In this document: positions 13,111 through 26,259 of the stretch, in pieces
Position numbering within the stretch: position 1 is the first letter of the stretch
Layout of the letters: each line of letters begins with the position of its first letter
Source of the DNA: Catajapyx aquilonaris
Lineage: Eukaryota
Assembly: GCA_000934665.2 (NCBI GenBank)
Contig: KZ538066.1
Coordinates: 62,001-126,000, forward strand
DNA: 64,000 bases
Reading direction: 5' to 3'
Position numbers and translations under genes: made by a program
The notes under the pieces: model-generated
Told to the model about the DNA's origin: nothing
The model's input: only the letters and a program-made list of their open reading frames with translations
Database searches by the model: none

Positions 13111-15179
13111 ATATCTTTTCGTCTAAACCTTTTTGAGGCTCCATATCTCCTAACCTGTAAATTTGGCGCCAAAACACCAAAGGACTTTTCGTCTCAGAAT
13201 AGCTTCCTCTACCTGCCATATCACTTCCACCACATTTTCCAGGCACCCTGTATATCGTTGGCCCCCCCAAAAAATGAATAACCGTCACTGGAAACTCGCC
13301 GAAGTATAAAACGCATTGCATTCGGAAAAGAAATTTTTCCAAATGGCACCAACGGTTACTACCACTCCATTTCACTTTCCCAGTTTTTTTATCCCCCCCT
13401 CTCCGCCTCTCCCCTCTCACTCCCCTGGATTGAAAGCAGTTTGTGAGAGAAAACTGGTTCCTATTCCTTTAGTCCCCCCCCCCCCCCTTCGAAATCCGGT
13501 ATCGGCATGGGAGTCACTTGGTCCGTCTCGCTCCGTTTCACGCAGCTACACCAAACCGCACGCGTGTTACAATGGTGTTGGGAACCGGGCTTAAATGCCT
13601 GCCAGTTATTTACCCCCTCCCTCCCTTCTCTACTCTCGCCAATTTTTTTTCGCAAACTGGGGGAAAAGCGGGGGCTAGATTTTTTTTCTCTCTCTCTCTC
13701 CATTCCATATCTCCTCTTCCAAACCATTGAATCCATCGATAATGCTAACTAATGGAATTTCGGTGTTGAGCAAGCCCTCTTGGAGGGTGGGCTTTTGCTC
13801 TGATTTTCCGTCTTTTGCTGGGAGACCGTGTGATTTATAATGCAACTTGAGTCGGTTTTAGTGGCTTGGTCCTAGGAGGAGGTCCACGAACCGGCTAGGT
13901 ACAGGTGCAATTTGACCAATTTATAGCCCTCCGGACTCGAGCGAATTTTCTAGTAGTCACGAGGGGGCGATAGACACTATTGGACGAACTGATGTTTGGA
14001 CATTGTTAAGACAGTTAGCAACTTCTTTATATAAAAAAACAGGTGGAAGTAGGTTAGAACCAGTCTGGTACAAGACTAGAGATGTCACTACCAAAAATAA
14101 TGTTAGCCAAATTTTGTCGTTTAAGGTTAGTCATCGACTCTGAATACCACATTTAATCCCTGAATAAATTTGTATGTATTTAACATTGACTAAAATTGTA
14201 AAAAAATGTACAAAAGTGTCCTACCATTCAGGGCGCTAGGCATTGTTGTGTGGTAACTAATAATACACAAGAAATATTATAAATTTACAAAGGGCGTTTA
14301 AAGTTAGCCGCGCTGAATAGGTTGAATTAATAAATAATCTTGTGTAACTATTTAACTTAAATGGTCCAATAAGAAAGTTAAAAGGCGCTTATCTGCAACG
14401 TAAGATCGAAATAATTAACAATTTGGTGGATGAATCAGCAATATTAATCACATTGGATTTAAACAGAGTGTTTAAAGTTGGACAACGACTGTGAATAGAG
14501 TGTTTGAAGTTATGTAATTGCTATAATTTCCTTCATAGTAAATAATCGGAGATTATCGCTTAATTTGAATTAATTGGACTCGCTGTGTCAGAATTCAGCT
14601 CAGAGAACCTCCATTTTGTGCGAATAATTTTGGCAACACTGTATGGGTGATAGTTGGCGTTTAATTTGCGCGATCCCTCATTGTCAATTAATCTGAGGTG
14701 GGGGATGGAGGGAGTCCCCTTTTACTCCTCCATCCCTTGAGAGAGGGGAGGATATGAAGATGTTGAGCGTTTAGCGCATTGTCTTCTCTGCAGCTTCCAG
14801 GGCCGCCCTCTTTATGGCCAAATTAGCTGCAGCTTTCATTAAGATTGCCGTGCAAATCTCCGGGGGTTGGCCCCACCTGTCAGCAACCCCTTTTGTTTTG
14901 CCAAATCACCCCCCGGGCCCAAATGACCATCCAGCGGTAAATACTCGACAAGTCATTATGGAGCTAATGGCCGCTACTCCACGTAGAGATACTTTGCAGC
15001 TTCCTTTTTTTTGAATAAAATTTGGCAACAAACATAGCCTCTCTCACCACAAGAGTTGCTAACAGGTTCGCCAATTTTCCGCACTAGCAGCCTCGCCATT
15101 ATGGGCGGGATACACAAAAGGGTGTACCTGCTCAACGGGTGTTCAAGGTCATTTGTGGAGAAAATGGAGCTCCTGTAGG

Positions 15180-16110
15180 TTATAGATATATCGAAAGTCC
15201 ACGAGAAATAACTGTAGCCTATAATCACTGCCAATAGTGTATATCGAAAATCCATATCGCATGTGATGATGCATAATATCAAATCGAGATATCAAAAATC
15301 GATATCGTGTAAAAAAATGTCTGCTATATCTGTCAATATATTAAATATCGACGCTGCAAAATATACACTTTCAATATGTCAACCATCAATATTGCATCAA
15401 TATAGCATCAATTCGATATATTTAAAAATGATATTGCATGAGTATCGAATGGCCATTGATATATCAAAAATCGACTGATTAAACTTCGAAATGTTGTCGG
15501 TGTATCAAGATCGATATTGCATAAACATCATAAATTAAAATAATTAATATATCAAAAATTTATACAGAAAAATAATTATATATTGCACATATCGTCTAGT
15601 CGATATATCAAAAAATTGATATAGTAGAAATGTATCATCAATTTGATGCATATTAAAATTGATATTGCATGAGTATCGAATGAATGTATCAAAAGTCGAC
15701 ATCACAGATATCGAATAGCAATCTATAAAAGGACATTGCATAAATATCCAGAAGTTGTCGATAGATCAAATAGTGATACCAGATAGCACAAACAAAAAAA
15801 TAATCAATATGCCAAAAATTGATATCACACATTCAATATATCAAAAATCGATATTTCACAAGTATCAAACATGATCGATATGTCATTTTTGATTTATCGG
15901 CCCTGTTTGATATTTGTAATATAGCATATAATTATGTCGTCTATTCGATATATCAAAAATTGATATTGCATTGATATCAAGCAGATTTCGATATATCAAA
16001 AATTGATATTGCATTGATATCAAGCAGATTTCGATATATCAAAAATTGATATTGCATTGATATCAAGCAGATTTCGATCTATCAAAAATCGATCAAATAT
16101 CGAATAGCCG
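15180..16110. repeat. ATCGAT/GATATC-rich block including a 43-bp x3 tandem (15944-16090)
   Basis: TTCGATATATCAAAAATTGATATTGCATTGATATCAAGCAGAT starts at 15944, 15987 and 16030. Confidence 0.9.
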
Positions 16111-16989
16111 TCCTATTCTCATCTTTCTTTCAGATCCGGTCACAGTTCCGGATCAATCTGGGATCACACGACCTATACTAACCCTCGGGTCAGACCAGAC
16201 TCGCCACAGGCCATTGACCCAGACATCAAGGTCACCCAATCTTCCCGCCTCTGACGTCACAGGTGAGCCCGCCCCAGCTCGAGACTTTGTATTCTTAGAT
16301 ATCAAACCCAGGATCATACGATCTTCGGTCTCATCCTTTGCTATTAAAAGGGGCCTGGCAGAAATAACAAAAGAGATCCGTCCCCCTGGTGGATAAATAT
16401 TGAATCATTCTCTTTTCCATAATATCCCAGCCCTGCGGAAAGGAAAACTTGTGGCTCCGGTCATCAAAGTGCTTATTAACTTACGGTTGGTTAATTCCTT
16501 GCTCCCCTTGCATTTACGGTCGCTTCGGGCCCAGATGTGAATGAGTTTAATGAGATCTGCTCCGGGTTGATGTTGGCACAAGGCTAAGAATATCTACCCC
16601 ACTCACTATTTTACCCCGGAGCAAAAAAAAAGGGGGGGGGAGGGGGGGGAGTAAATATAAAAATCCGCGTGGGAATTTTAACTCCGAGGCGTCGTTAGTT
16701 AGTTCTTAACAATTAAATTTTTTTGTGTCTGCCATCCGAAGCTGATTTGCATAGCCCAGAGTGATTATATTTTCATAATCAAGTCCGGCGGTGTAGGAGT
16801 TAATCAGGAGTGTGAGTGTGATGAGTGTGTGATAAGCGGATTATTTCGGTTTTGCGCGGCTTAACTATACGAGGGGTAGGCATAGGACCAAGTAAATTGT
16901 ACAGTACGATATGGCTCGAAAGTTTGGAGACGATTTTTGCGTCTGGTTTCAATGCAAAATTGTTACGATCTTTTTGAATGATGTAAGAA

Positions 16990-17560
16990 TCGATATCACC
17001 CATCGATTATTATCAATGTAACAATGTATCGATGTATAACGACATGTCACAAATCACTAAAATTGTGAATATGTATCGATATAACTAAATGATAATATAT
17101 CGATATAGCTACATGATGATGTATCGATATAACTGCATGATCATGTATCATGTATCGATATAACTGCGTGATCATGTATCATGTATCGATATTACTAAAT
17201 AATTATCACTAACTATATGACATCGATATAACTATATGATCCTGTATCGATATAAGACTATGTTCATGTATGGATATAGCTATAATTATGATCTTAAATC
17301 GATATGTATTAAGACTATCATCATGTATGGTTATAACTGTATGATCATGTATCGATATAACGATGTAATGATCATGTTTCGATATAACGATATGCTAATA
17401 TATCGATATAACGATGTGCTGATATATCGATATAACGATGTGCTGATATATCGATATAACGACATACGGTATTTATCTATAATTACAACTTACTATATGA
17501 TGATGTAACGATATGGTTGATATATCGATGTAACAATATGGTTGATATATCGATATACGT
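16990..17560. repeat. Degenerate ~24-bp TATCGATATAAC minisatellite
   Basis: Many TATCGATATAAC cores at ~24-nt spacing. Confidence 0.85.
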
Positions 17561-19029
17561 AATACCTATCCACATATGACGCCAATGTTGCCAGATAATG
17601 TTTCCACTTCATATGCCAACTTGATCCATACAAAATGGCGGGCGTAGTGTTGCCAACCGGCCAGAAGTTGACCAGGTGCGTCCGTGTGAATGACCCTGAC
17701 CACGACAAACTTATTCATTGTTTTGGCATAGTTTGGCTTGATGGCCTGGAGTCCAATATGGTGGTCAGTGGAGGAGAATGGAGGCTGGCAACTCTATCAT
17801 AATTCAAACGGGCCCCGACTTTGGAGCGGAAACGAGCTCCAAAGTTGCCCGTTACGGGGGCCTCCGGGTTTAAAACCAGTTTCCTCCACTTTGTCATATT
17901 TCGCCCCAGCATTAAAGCCCTCCTCCCCCCCCCCCCTACCTACCAATTTCAGTCCAACAGGTGGAGCCAATAAATGCTTTGCGCCTGAAAACGTGCCCAC
18001 CTCCCCACCCTAACTACTACCCCCAGCAAATTTTTAAGGCCCCATTTGATTTGAGCCCAAGGTATTATGCTGGGGGCCATGTTGATTTATTCGCAATTTT
18101 CTTTTGCGAATCAGAGACTCTGAGATTTGATAAAAAATGGGGGATTTGTGCTCAACCGTGATGGGAACCAATCGCATGATTGGAACTACGTTTTTTTTTT
18201 CAAGAGAGAGAATTTTATTTGCATTGGCGCCAGACGTTGCTGGTTCTTGAAGCGATTGGTAGTAGGCATATTTCGTCGGTTGGTTAATCGCATTTAGTGG
18301 TTTGGAAAATTTCGACCCCTGAAATAAATGGGATTGAAACTCACCAATCTGAACGTTTGTCATTAAGTAGCCTACTGTACAGCTATATACGATAAATTTC
18401 TTATTATAAAAGGCAACGTTTGTTTGTCCAGGTTTGGCGACTAGGGCAGCTTTTCCATGAAAATAGGCTGCTATGATTGACCACTAATCTGGATTAAAAA
18501 TTCAGATTCTAAATATTATGCATATTACCGGTAAATTACCATGATTAAAGAATCGAAAAAATATCAGATCAACTTGAATATGACCGATATTTGATTTGGA
18601 CAAATCGATATTTGACACTTGATAAATCGCTTTTTGACTGTTGATAAATCTATACATAAGTATAACTTTTGATTAATTAATTTCATTAATATCACAATGT
18701 GTAAAAATCGATGAATATATTATTCATTTGCATACCCAATTGCAATTTCTGTTAATAATTTACCAGAAAATTAGAAATTAATATATCAAAAAAATTGAAA
18801 TTGAAATATAAATGTCAAATGATAATTGTCGACTAAAACTATTTTTAAAACATTTTCTAAAAAAATTGATCTCTGAAAGATGGTGAATGAAATGGTAAAG
18901 TTAATCACACAAATTAATATCAAAAATACAACAATATAATAGCATTAATAGCATTACTCGTTTAACTAACATTATACCTAATAATGATTAACAAAATAAT
19001 ATAACCAATAATATATTCGTATTTTGCTT

Positions 19030-19220
19030 TTGATAAAATATTTTGACTTTTGATAAATTGAGGTGACTTTTGATAAATTGACGTGACTTTTGATAAATTG
19101 ATGTGACTTTTGATAAATTGATGTGACTTTTGATAAATTGATGTGACTTTTGATAAATTGATATTTGACTTTTGATAAATATTGATATTGTGACTTTTGA
19201 TAAATATTGATATTTGACTA
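19030..19220. repeat. 20-bp minisatellite
   Basis: GACTTTTGATAAATTGATGT x~9. Confidence 0.95.
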
Positions 19221-20150
19221 TCGTTTCGTTGGCTTTGAAATTTGTCAAAATTTTGCCTAAAATCCTTCACTCTTGTTAAAATTGTAACATTCAGCCCTAA
19301 ATTTTGGCCAAAGCCTTTGCTAAAATTTTGCACAAAAGCCAACCTTTGTCCTGGCAACCCCCAGTGGATCGCACCTGCAACTTTTCCTTGGCAATCCCCG
19401 CTCTATTTACCCTGACTGCACTCGAACCTGGCAAAAATCCCATCCGTCCTTGCCGGATTTTGCCCCGGATTATCATTCATCACCGCCGGATTTCCTGAGC
19501 CACTGTAAACCTCGCCATATCAGAAGAAAAAGTCTTGGTCTAAAAGGTCAAAAGCAGTAGTACCCCCCTGGAGGACTATCCACTCTTCAAAATGACCTCA
19601 TTTGAGACCTGTGATTATTACCAACTTGTCTTTGTTGATTATTCTAGGACCGTCTTTGATATGAAGACTAGTCAAACACAGGGAGTTGGGGGTTGATGGA
19701 AATGGTTTAAGAGGGATGAGCCAGCCTGTAAATTGATTCGGATGTCTTCCCAAGAGAAGCTTGGTTCCGGTTGACAAAACGGAGCAAGTCGAGTGACTCA
19801 AACACAAACTGAAAGCACTCAATTATGGCTCCACCCACTCAGCGGTCTTCCAATCATCGCCACCCACATTGTTGCCATCTCAGCCAATTTTTTTACTTGA
19901 GAGATTGAAGGGCCTCTGTAATAATGAATTTAGGTAAATGCAATGAAAACTGGAAAAGCCAAAATAACATTCGTTTGATCGCGAAATCATCGGGCAAATG
20001 TACCGTGCCTGACAGGGCCCGGACAGTACTGGTGCGGTCAGCTTGAGACGGTCAGTAGTGTGCACCGTAGAGTGGAATTATGCGCCATCTACGTGATCCG
20101 ATCGGCAGCGCCATCTAGATGCGGGAAGCTGCCAGGAGCCAATCAGTTCG

Positions 20151-20433
20151 CCCAGACATCGCAATTTGCGACCTATACCGAGCGAGGTCGTAAAATGCGA
20201 GCTCGCGGCGAGGTGACTTCACACGAGACACACGACCTCGTATTTTGCGAGCTGCGGGCGAGGTCGCAAGGTGCACCTCGTAAAATGCGAGCTCGCTGCA
20301 AGGTGAAAGTTTTGAACATTTGTTCAGTAATCCGGTCTGCGAGGTGATTGTGAGGTCCATACGAGGTTGGAAGGTCCACACGACCTCACTGCGAGCTCGT
20401 GGCAATATCAAATTTTTGTAAGGTGGTAGTGGG
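20151..20433. mobile_element. Degenerate non-autonomous DNA element built of GCGAGCTCGC/GCGAGGT/ACCTC subrepeats
   Basis: Starts CCCAGACA; TCGTAAAATGCGAGCTCGC occurs twice; subrepeats are in both orientations. Right end uncertain. Confidence 0.5.
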
Positions 20434-23400
20434 TTTGACATGTTTGCCTAATTTTGGATCAGTTATGGCCCAATGTTGCCAGATCAGCTCCCTTTTTTTA
20501 AAACAAGCTCATATGCTTTTTAATCCAATCCTATTTAACTGATAGAAAGGTTTGTTATCAACTTTCGCAGGCTAAAGTTCTGCGGATTTTGTGTGTGTTC
20601 TGGTTGGGTGGTGGGAGGGGGCTATTGAATGATCAATCCCTTTGAAGCCAACCCCCCCCCCCCTCCCCACCGGATTCCATGCTAGTACTTCACCCTTCAC
20701 TGCCCCGTATCACCTAACCGGCCCTTAAAATACACATACACGAAATAGATTTTTTTTTTGTTAATCACAAGCCTGCCCTTTAATCACCTTTACATAAAGG
20801 TTTCTGTTGTTCCAAAAAAAAATGAGAGAGGTTTTTTTCATAATTATATTTTCATAATTCGCATGGGTGTCTAACCGCGACAAAAGGGGGTTAGATCGAA
20901 CTTGCCCTGGAGTCGAACCTAGCAACCGAACTTGAAGCAAGTATTGTCGCGTGTGGGAGGTGACAAAATACTTAATAAAAGTTCGAAATTTGAAATGAAA
21001 TTTGCAGAAGAAAAAACCTGTCAGAAGATAAATGTATCGCTATATCGATTTTAGGAATGAAAATGTGTAAAAATCGATGATAAACGATAAATTTATTGCT
21101 GACTGTTACACCCAATTGATATTTCCCTATTAAGAATTGAAAATACAATATAACATAACAAATAGCATATAATATAACAACATAACAAATACCATGGTGT
21201 AACTGATAAAGGAAGTAACGAATACAATTTATAGAGTGTACAGTACATTTTGCTACGTTTTCTAATTACCTCGGATTCCTTTGTAGTCGCCTGAAGGGCG
21301 GTGGAGGCGGTTTTTAAAAAAGCGCAAAACAACTGATTAACGAAACTCAGTCTTGCGAAATTTTTGTTGGGGGGGAGAGAGGAGGTGGAGAATATAATCA
21401 GCTTGTAACATTATGCGCCTAATCTTGCCGTGAAATGTTTACAGGCCACCCCCTCGCTTTTCATCAAAGTACTGCGAAATCTACGTACGAGGTGTATATG
21501 TATGCCCCCCGGATCAATTACCGGTAATGGAATTTCATGAATGCTGAAGCAGGTTATACCTTTCCACCTATTGTGTGTGGATCATCCAACCATCCTTTAC
21601 ATTGCTTCAAGTGTCCATTTCTTTTTTTAGCAATTGGCAGGTTAAGTAATACGATCTGGACAAATGATTAGCTTATTTTTTTGTACTATTGATAGACCAC
21701 CATTGCAAAAAAGAGTAGTTTCGAAATTCAATGCTGTTTGCAATGAGAGTTACTCAGGTTGTTTTTTTTTTGTTTGTTTGAAACATGAATCTGGCCGTGT
21801 ACATTACCCACAGAAAGCGCCCTTCAATAATGGTCTGTGGTTCAAGAGAGTTGTGCTGCCCTCTGTTGACGGCGTCATTTCCAATAACAATCGGTCAGGG
21901 TGGGGGAGGGCTGCAAGCAACGCAAAAATGATTATTTTTTTTAGGATGCGAAAATTTCGCGAGTCTGGTGCAGCAAATGGCTTCCAGTCGACTGTAATCC
22001 CAGTCATTTCACGTCCAAAAAAGTGAAGCCAACGGGAATAAATGACAAGGAATAAGCTTATTGATGGAACATGCTCTCACACACACGTTCGCTAAAAAAA
22101 TATGTATATGATGTGCGATGTGGTGTGAAAAGGTGCGAATTTTTGGTGAGACTTTTGCCTGTTAAGTGTTATTTCGGATTTAACAACGACAACAACGACA
22201 ACAATAAGAGCAGCATTGTGCAATTTTTTGATCCAAAAATTTCGGTTATAGGCCTGGATATTTTTGCATCAGTAGGAAAATGCGATTATCATTGGAGCTT
22301 TCAAAGTGAAGTCTCTAGGGATCATATTTTTTTGTCAGATTTTTACTGGCTTTCTAGTGAGCGCAATTGGGCTTCACGGATTGTTGTACCGTGACTGAAT
22401 TGTTTGTGCTATAACCCGATGAATTTATTATATGGGCGTAGAGGGGACTGTTGCGAAAATAATAAATTTTGCACGATCAATGGGACTGACATGTTTTTTT
22501 TTGCGAAAAATTGTGTCGTCGTTAGAATGTGTTCGAAGAATGTAACAAAAAAAATGAATTCAGCCTCTTTTAAAATATTCGACTAATACATTTTGTAAGA
22601 TCTCATCAATCTGTAATTGTCAAAAAATATTTTAAAATTTAGAATGTAACTATTCAAAAATAATTATAAGTAACATGTATCATGTAGTAATAATTTCGTA
22701 TCGATATCTTAAAGAAATTGAAACAACAAAAAGTCAGTTTAAATATTTCACAAAACTTGACTTGAATTTTTTCCCAAAATTTCATTTCAATTTGTCAGAT
22801 CAAAATATCAAAAAGTCAATGTTAAACTTCCACAAAAATTACAAATTTGAGATAAGTTGTGATTTAATTTCAAACTTCCAATTTGCAAATATGAAAAGTC
22901 AATATTTTTTTACAAATTTACATTTGACATATTCGACCACAATTCGAAATTTGCATAAACATCAATTCAAAAATTTTCACAAAATTTTGTTATTTCTGAA
23001 AAGTTATGCGAATTTTTTAAAATCACAACATGGTATGTAAACTCTGGTATTTTGAATTAGCACTGTATCGATATTTATTAGTTGCAACGACAGTTTGACC
23101 AGTCCATTGTGATTAGCTGCTCTCGTCTCCAAGTAGTCAAGCTCGTGTCAAGGCCAAATCCTCGCCATTTTGAATCCCCCTGCACAGCATCCCTTTATTT
23201 TCCCCTCCAGCTTTTTGCACAATCACAAGCATATCTCATTTCATAGGAAATCTTATCCGACTACGCATCCAACAATTTTTTTTTTCTCTCTAGCTGATTC
23301 CTATCCCCGACGGATATGGAGATAGAGCTTTCTGATCTCAGCTTTCAATTTCTGCACAGCGAGTCTCTATATATGCAACTATAAGACATCCTCTTCTCCA

Positions 23401-24159
23401 ACTCCCACGAGACGTATGATGGCTGCCCAAATTGTTCTCCAAATTGGTCCAGGTCTATCCTCCTCCGAAAGAAAAAAAGAATCCCACAATGTGAATATCA
23501 ACCTTGTTTCTTGTGCAGGGGATATGATGCAGATGCTTCCCAGCAATAAACCAGAGAGGTTTTTCCTTTTGCAAGAGAGAGGCCTAAACTATAAAACTTA
23601 ATGTGGCTTGTTATATTGTTGGCTTCTTCCTCATTGTGATGCTCAATGAAACAGCTGCAGTCGATAAAATAGCCCCACATGTGCGGGGATGGAGTAATGC
23701 AGCACCAGCCTCCGGATTGTTCCGGGGAGAGCATATTCCGGGGGAGCTACAGACAGAGAGAGTCCAAACTCACTCTCCTTTATTGCTAGAGAGAGAGCTG
23801 GACTTTGGCGCTTGTTTACAGTGTTGCTGGAAGTGCATGCGATATGTGGAGGATGAAAAGTGGTTAAAAAAGGATGTCGATATTTTTCATACATAAAAAA
23901 GGACCAAGACATGAAGTGCACGAAGAGTCATATTTAGAGCAATTTATAGGCTTTGTGTATGCGTCACCAGTTGAGGATGTTGGCAGCCCTGGTCGACATG
24001 GTTATCTGTTGGTGGATAGCGAAATGGCTATCATCATCAACATCATCACAGTTAAACCTCGATGTGTCGTTTGCGGATGTGTCGTTTTCAAGGATCAATC
24101 GGTATTATTTTATCAAAAGTGTCTTTATCACCGTCATTAACACCTCGAAACCTCGATCT

Positions 24160-24325
24160 ATCGTTTACGGATGTATCGTTACCCGGATGTATCGTTTTCC
24201 CGGATGTATAGTTTCCCCGGATGTATCGTTTTCCCGGATGTATAGTTTCCCCGGATGTATCGGTTCCCGGATGTATCGTTTCCCGGATGTATCGTCTTCC
24301 CGGATGTATCGTTTCCCGGATCCAT
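24160..24325. repeat. 16-18 bp minisatellite
   Basis: CCCGGATGTATCGTTT(T) x~9. Confidence 0.95.
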
Positions 24326-25786
24326 CGGTTTTTAGTAAAATGTTCATCATCGCCATCATTAACGCATATATCGGATCTATCGTTTCTCAGATTTGTCGTT
24401 TTCCATAATCATCATCATCAGTGAACCCCGATATATCGTTTTACCGGAATGCTCGTTTTTCCCACTGTAAAAATAGCTATTTTTAATTTTCGATTTATGC
24501 CCAAAAATCACTGTAAACAATCGGCCACATTTTCTTATTTTGCAAGATGCGATTTTGACAATAATTGTAACAATTGTCAACCGATACTACAGTATTTGAC
24601 TCTTTGTACTTTTATTGCAGAATTATTATCAGTTATTCTGCAATAAAAGTACAGATAGTCAAATATAAACAAAACCTGGCCCAACGACAGCCATCTTGAG
24701 TCCAGTTATTATCTTCCCCTGCCCCCTTATAACATGCTGTCACACTTCTTAATCAACCGCCACGTTGCCAAAAACCAGTGTGAACCCCCCTTTGCCATTA
24801 GTCAATTCATAAAGAGCAGTCGTTTGGCACTCGAAACCGGCACAACTGCAAATTGCAGCTGGAACATTATGAAAAACCACCCCTCTCGCCTTCCATCTTT
24901 TTTTCTCCTCCTTCTTCTTCTTCTTATTCGCTCGCCTTTTTCTTATTCTCGTTTGAAGCCCACCCAGTTTTCCACCCACTCTATCTCATACTGAGGGGTA
25001 TTTCCCAACAGTGGGGAGGGAACTGTACAATGCGGATGAAAATCTTGTCTTAGAGGAACGAACGCGGATATTGGTCGCATGTCAGTGGTGGTGGCAGAGG
25101 ATTTTCAATTTCGACTTACACTCTCTCTGCTGCTTTCTGTATAGGAACTATGGGCTGGAGCTGGAAAAGAGAAAAAGAGACGAAACCTCTCCCTTTCCTC
25201 ACAGGCCCCCTAGCTCCCCCTGTCTTGAAGGATTGCTTCAGTTTTTCAGGAGCCAAATGAACCTTTGCAAAGAAATGATGGAAAGTTTCCTACTGGTGAG
25301 CACGTCTCGACAAGACATCTCGTCTGATTTGTTCTGGGTTGGAGGAAAAATTGGGATTGGACCGATTGGTGATTGGTGCCACAGCTTGCTGGCACAAATT
25401 ATATGGAGGCCCCGGCTGGCGGGATCTTGGGACTGGTTCTAGATGAGGGAGGCGTAGGGACGTGAGATGGAATTAGGCGGATATTAAAAAAAGCGAGGGA
25501 TAAAGTGCCAAAAACCTGAATGTCTGAAGCCAAAACCGTGAATGCCTGGAGCAAAACCCACAAGAACATCATTTAGAACAAATGGTTTTTGACGTTTTGG
25601 GATTGTCTAGTAAGTGCCAAAACCCTTATCCCAATACACTGTCAAAACCCTTTGGTAAAAAACGCTATCCTTTCACACTCTTGCTTGCCTAGGTGCCAAA
25701 AACCCTCACAAACGAATGTGGTAACTCACAAGTCAGTGTCTGAACATCCCATAAGCCATGAGATATCATTCGTAGCACATCCTAAC

Positions 25787-26259
25787 GCCTCCCGGACTTA
25801 TCGCCCCCGGACTTTTAGCCCCCGGCATATTGGCCCCTGCGACTATTTCGCCCCCGTGACAATTTATCCCACGCCGTGTACACCTCAGCCCCTGTGACCG
25901 GCGTGGTGGGCAAAGCTACGATAACGTTCCTTGGCCTGCGGCGCCACAAGATGGACAGTAAATGTTGAGGATACAGAAACCCCTGTTGCGGTAACTGTTG
26001 CGGTAACAAAAAGCCATACAGCATCACCAACACAAAGGGCAACTAACATCCCTGTGGCCCCCGCCGCGCGCCGTTGCCAGGCTACACACAAGACCAGGTC
26101 ACTTCTCTAGAATAATCCGAGTCTGAGGCATGACCGTAGAGCAGCCCAACCGAATGCTTCAAAGTGGAATATGTCATGGGGACGAATACGCCGGGGACGA
26201 AATGTTCACGGGGCCAATATCCCGGGGGCGAAACGGCGGGGGCGAAAAGTCCGTATGCT
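25787..26259. mobile_element. Non-autonomous Mutator-like (MULE) element, 473 bp
   Basis: Perfect 9-bp TSD CATCCTAAC at 25778-25786 and 26260-26268; ~85-bp imperfect TIRs made of TTCGCCCCC/GGGGCGAA subrepeats (CGGACTTATCGCCCCC...GGGGGCGAAAAGTCCG). Confidence 0.85.

Noticed and set aside
12902..13420. 172-aa ORF
   Set aside because: Half is satellite-derived; no domain; non-ATG start.
23603..23896. ORF with a signal-peptide-like N-terminus
   Set aside because: GTG start in eukaryotic DNA; no family resemblance or splice support.
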